DNA of 655 nucleotides from Escherichia coli (GTDB lineage Bacteria; Pseudomonadota; Gammaproteobacteria; Enterobacterales; Enterobacteriaceae): NCBI RefSeq assembly GCF_003334255.1, contig NZ_QOWU01000202.1; one strand, 5' to 3'. Shown piece by piece: positions 1 to 655 of this stretch (position 1 is its first letter; each line of letters starts with the position of its first letter). The notes under the pieces were generated by a model. It saw only the letters and a program-made list of their open reading frames with translations, ran no database searches and was not told where the DNA came from. The position numbers and the translations under genes were made by a program.

Positions 1-300
1 CGCCAGCGCGATGTTGCTGCGCTCGATGCAAAATACTCGAGGGAATTAGCCGATGCGAGAGCTGAAAATGAAACTCTGCGTGCTGATGTTGCTGCTGGTC
101 GTAAGCGCCTGCGGATCAACGCCACCTGCTCCGGTACCGTGCGTGAAGCCACCGGCACCTCCGGCATGGATAATGCAACCGGCCCCCGACTGGCAGACAC
201 CGCTGAACGGGATTATTTCACCCTCAGAGAGCGGTTGATGATGATGCAGAAGCAGCTGGAAGGGGCACAGGAATATATCCGCACTCAGTGCCTGAAATAA
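1..300 (+). CDS. Rz: Rz-family i-spanin (inner-membrane spanin subunit), C-terminal ~99 codons; 5' end lies upstream of the window
   Basis: Frame 1 is open from position 1 to TAA at 298-300. Translation: RQRDVAALDAKYSRELADARAENETLRADVAAGRKRLRINATCSGTVREATGTSGMDNATGPRLADTAERDYFTLRERLMMMQKQLEGAQEYIRTQCLK*. From memory this closely resembles the periplasmic C-terminal half of phage lambda Rz (e.g. ...DVAAGRRRL..., ...PRLADTAERDYFTLRERL..MQKQLEG...). It contains a fully embedded +1-frame lipoprotein gene, the hallmark of Rz/Rz1 pairs. Two Cys residues (ATCSGT and RTQCLK) sit where lambda Rz has its periplasmic cysteines. Not in the supplied ORF track because the start codon is outside the window. 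Confidence 0.88.
   Translation, partial: RQRDVAALDAKYSRELADARAENETLRADVAAGRKRLRINATCSGTVREATGTSGMDNATGPRLADTAERDYFTLRERLMMMQKQLEGAQEYIRTQCLK
39..43 (+). promoter_or_regulatory. Shine-Dalgarno sequence for Rz1, located inside the Rz coding sequence
   Basis: GAGGG at 39-43, with a 9-nt spacer to the ATG at 53-55. Spacing and sequence are typical of an E. coli-type ribosome-binding site. Confidence 0.55.
53..112 (+). other. Rz1 lipoprotein signal peptide plus lipobox (type II signal peptidase substrate); predicted lipidated Cys at codon 20
   Basis: MRELKMKLCVLMLLLVVSA followed by C. The -3 to +1 residues V-S-A-C fit the lipobox consensus [LVI][ASTVI][GAS]C. The +2 residue is Gly, not Asp, which is consistent with Lol-dependent outer-membrane sorting. 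Confidence 0.7.
53..238 (+). CDS. Rz1: Rz1-family o-spanin (outer-membrane lipoprotein spanin subunit), embedded in the +1 frame of Rz
   Basis: ORF 53-238 (61 aa, TGA at 236-238) lies entirely inside the Rz reading frame, shifted +1. Translation: MRELKMKLCVLMLLLVVSACGSTPPAPVPCVKPPAPPAWIMQPAPDWQTPLNGIISPSESG. Signal peptide with basic n-region (R,K), hydrophobic core and lipobox V-S-A-C (Cys codon 110-112). The mature part is about 29% proline and contains the motifs CVKPP..PPAWIMQP..PDWQTPLNGIISPSE, which I recall as near-identical to lambda Rz1. GAGGG Shine-Dalgarno at 39-43, 9 nt upstream of the ATG. An alternative in-frame ATG at 68 would give a shorter signal peptide; 53 is preferred because of the SD and the basic n-region. 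Confidence 0.88.
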   Translation: MRELKMKLCVLMLLLVVSACGSTPPAPVPCVKPPAPPAWIMQPAPDWQTPLNGIISPSESG

Positions 301-327
301 GTTTTGCTGATGCGCCGTATCGTCGCA

Positions 328-339
328 GTATTCCCGCAT
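328..339 (+). repeat. 12-nt imperfect direct repeat (gtattcccgcat); partner at 441-452 (gttttcccgcat)
   Basis: 11 of 12 positions identical, including an exact 9-mer TTCCCGCAT at 331-339 and 444-452. The first copy directly abuts copy A of the 17-nt repeat. Chance occurrence of one such 9-mer pair in ~300 bp is not negligible, so confidence is modest. Confidence 0.3.
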
Positions 340-355
340 TAACAGAGACCTCAGC
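339..355 (+). repeat. Direct repeat copy A (ttaacagag-acctcag); partner at 577-593
   Basis: 339-354 ttaacagagacctcag versus 577-593 ttaacagaggacgtcag: 9-nt exact core TTAACAGAG, then 15 of 17 aligned positions identical with one 1-nt gap and one mismatch. Both copies are followed within 20 nt by 'gaca' and 'ctggac' (357-367 and 598-616). Confidence 0.5.
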
Positions 356-418
356 CAGACACTGGACCTCCTGCGCGAGTGTGTGGGGATAATCAAAAAC
401 GATGCACACCGGGCTTTC

Positions 419-446
419 CACGTTTTCAGGTAACGTGAGCGTTTTC
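419..446 (+). terminator. Weak hairpin followed by a T-tract; marginal intrinsic-terminator candidate
   Basis: CACGTT (419-424) pairs perfectly with AACGTG (432-437), giving a 6-bp stem and 7-nt loop. It is followed after 3-4 nt by TTTT (442-445). The stem is short and only 50% GC, and the T-tract is not immediately adjacent, so a functional terminator is doubtful. Confidence 0.15.
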
Positions 447-576
447 CCGCATGGCCGCCTGTCCGGTGCGGTGGTGGAAGAAACCGGATAAAACAACCAT
501 ATTGTGTAAATATCAATCAAACAAGACGCTGCTGTGTGAATTCTGAAAAATCACAGCGGTCATTATGCGTCAGTTT

Positions 577-593
577 TTAACAGAGGACGTCAG
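577..593 (+). repeat. Direct repeat copy B (ttaacagaggacgtcag), overlapping the ribosome-binding region of the downstream gene
   Basis: See copy A. This copy ends 8 nt before the ATG at 602 and contains the AGAGGA purine tract. Confidence 0.5.
582..587 (+). promoter_or_regulatory. Candidate Shine-Dalgarno sequence for the gene starting at 602
   Basis: AGAGGA at 582-587. The spacer to the ATG is 14 nt, which is long, so this is tentative. The motif lies inside the second copy of the 17-nt direct repeat. Confidence 0.3.
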
Positions 594-601
594 AAAGTGA
601 C

Positions 602-655
602 ATGGCAAAGCTGGACTGGAAAAAACTGGAGCAGGCATTCCGACGCGAACATGCC
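602..655 (+). CDS. Start of an uncharacterised protein (N-terminus MAKLDWKKLEQAFRREHA...); 3' end beyond the window. Function unassigned; by position it may be the first gene of the next late module
   Basis: ATG at 602-604 is the first start codon after an in-frame TAA at 578-580. 18 codons remain open to the window end, with ordinary enterobacterial codon choice (ctg, gag, cag, gca). A purine-rich AGAGGA lies at 582-587, but the 14-nt spacer to the ATG is longer than optimal. Same orientation as Rz/Rz1. Too short in-window for a firm call. Confidence 0.45.
   Translation, partial: MAKLDWKKLEQAFRREHA

Noticed and set aside
347-390. cosN-like cohesive-end site (GACCTC...GCGCGAG, faintly reminiscent of the lambda cohesive-end sequence)
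   Set aside because: No convincing twofold symmetry or 12-nt match could be established by eye; the resemblance rests on a few GC-rich bases. It is kept only as part of the broader packaging-site hypothesis for the spacer.
46-516. 156-aa minus-strand ORF from the supplied ORF track
   Set aside because: It starts with TTG, has no SD, and about 250 bp of it is antisense to the well-supported Rz/Rz1 genes. The translation is Arg/Gly/Ala-rich and low-complexity, as expected from the reverse complement of a GC-rich coding region.
224-520. 98-aa minus-strand ORF from the supplied ORF track; considered as a bor-like convergent gene, as in lambda
   Set aside because: It starts with TTG and has no internal ATG. 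It would overlap the 3' end of Rz by 77 bp, has no lipoprotein signal peptide, and does not resemble lambda Bor as I recall it. An upstream stop at 551-553 leaves no room for a better start.
511-527. IHF-binding site in the AT-rich tract (tatcaatcaaacaag)
   Set aside because: It does not fit the WATCAANNNNTTR consensus in any register I tried.
451-544. 30-codon + strand ORF (MAACPVRWWKKPDKTTILCKYQSNKTLLCEF)
   Set aside because: No SD upstream, very short, and it crosses the composition shift. Most likely a chance ORF.
528-559. Inverted repeat ctgtga...tcacag as a terminator or operator
   Set aside because: Only 5 contiguous base pairs with an 11-nt loop, or 8 bp if a 5-nt bulge is allowed. 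Too weak to call.
502-566. Sigma70-type promoter for the downstream gene (TTGTGT at 502-507; CATTAT at 561-566)
   Set aside because: No -35/-10 pair with proper 16-18 bp spacing. Late phage genes are normally read through from the upstream late promoter, so a local promoter is not required.
597-655. Alternative GTG start at 597 in a different frame, with better SD spacing (9 nt from GAGGA)
   Set aside because: The translation VTWQSWTGKNWSRHSDANM is Trp/Ser-rich and not protein-like. The ATG-initiated frame at 602 gives a plausible charged N-terminus with common codons.

Overview
This 655-bp window is the distal end of a lambdoid phage or prophage lysis cassette, and I see nothing that amounts to a clearly novel system. 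Positions 1-300 (+) encode the C-terminal ~99 codons of an Rz-type inner-membrane spanin. Embedded entirely inside it in the +1 frame (53-238) is an Rz1-type outer-membrane lipoprotein spanin, with its own Shine-Dalgarno sequence, a lipobox (VSAC) and a proline-rich mature domain. That is the well-known 'gene within a gene' spanin architecture. Rz is followed by about 300 bp (301-601) with no convincing ORF on either strand. A new + strand gene begins at 602 (MAKLDWKKLEQAFRREHA...) and runs off the window; its function cannot be assigned from 18 codons. The only unexplained structure is in the spacer: a ~17-nt imperfect direct repeat (339-355 and 577-593), whose second copy covers the ribosome-binding region of the downstream gene, and a 12-nt repeat (328-339 and 441-452). 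These may be a decayed duplicate of the downstream gene start, a mosaic module junction, or protein-binding sites; this is inference. All homology statements come from reading the translations and recalling lambda Rz/Rz1, not from a database search.
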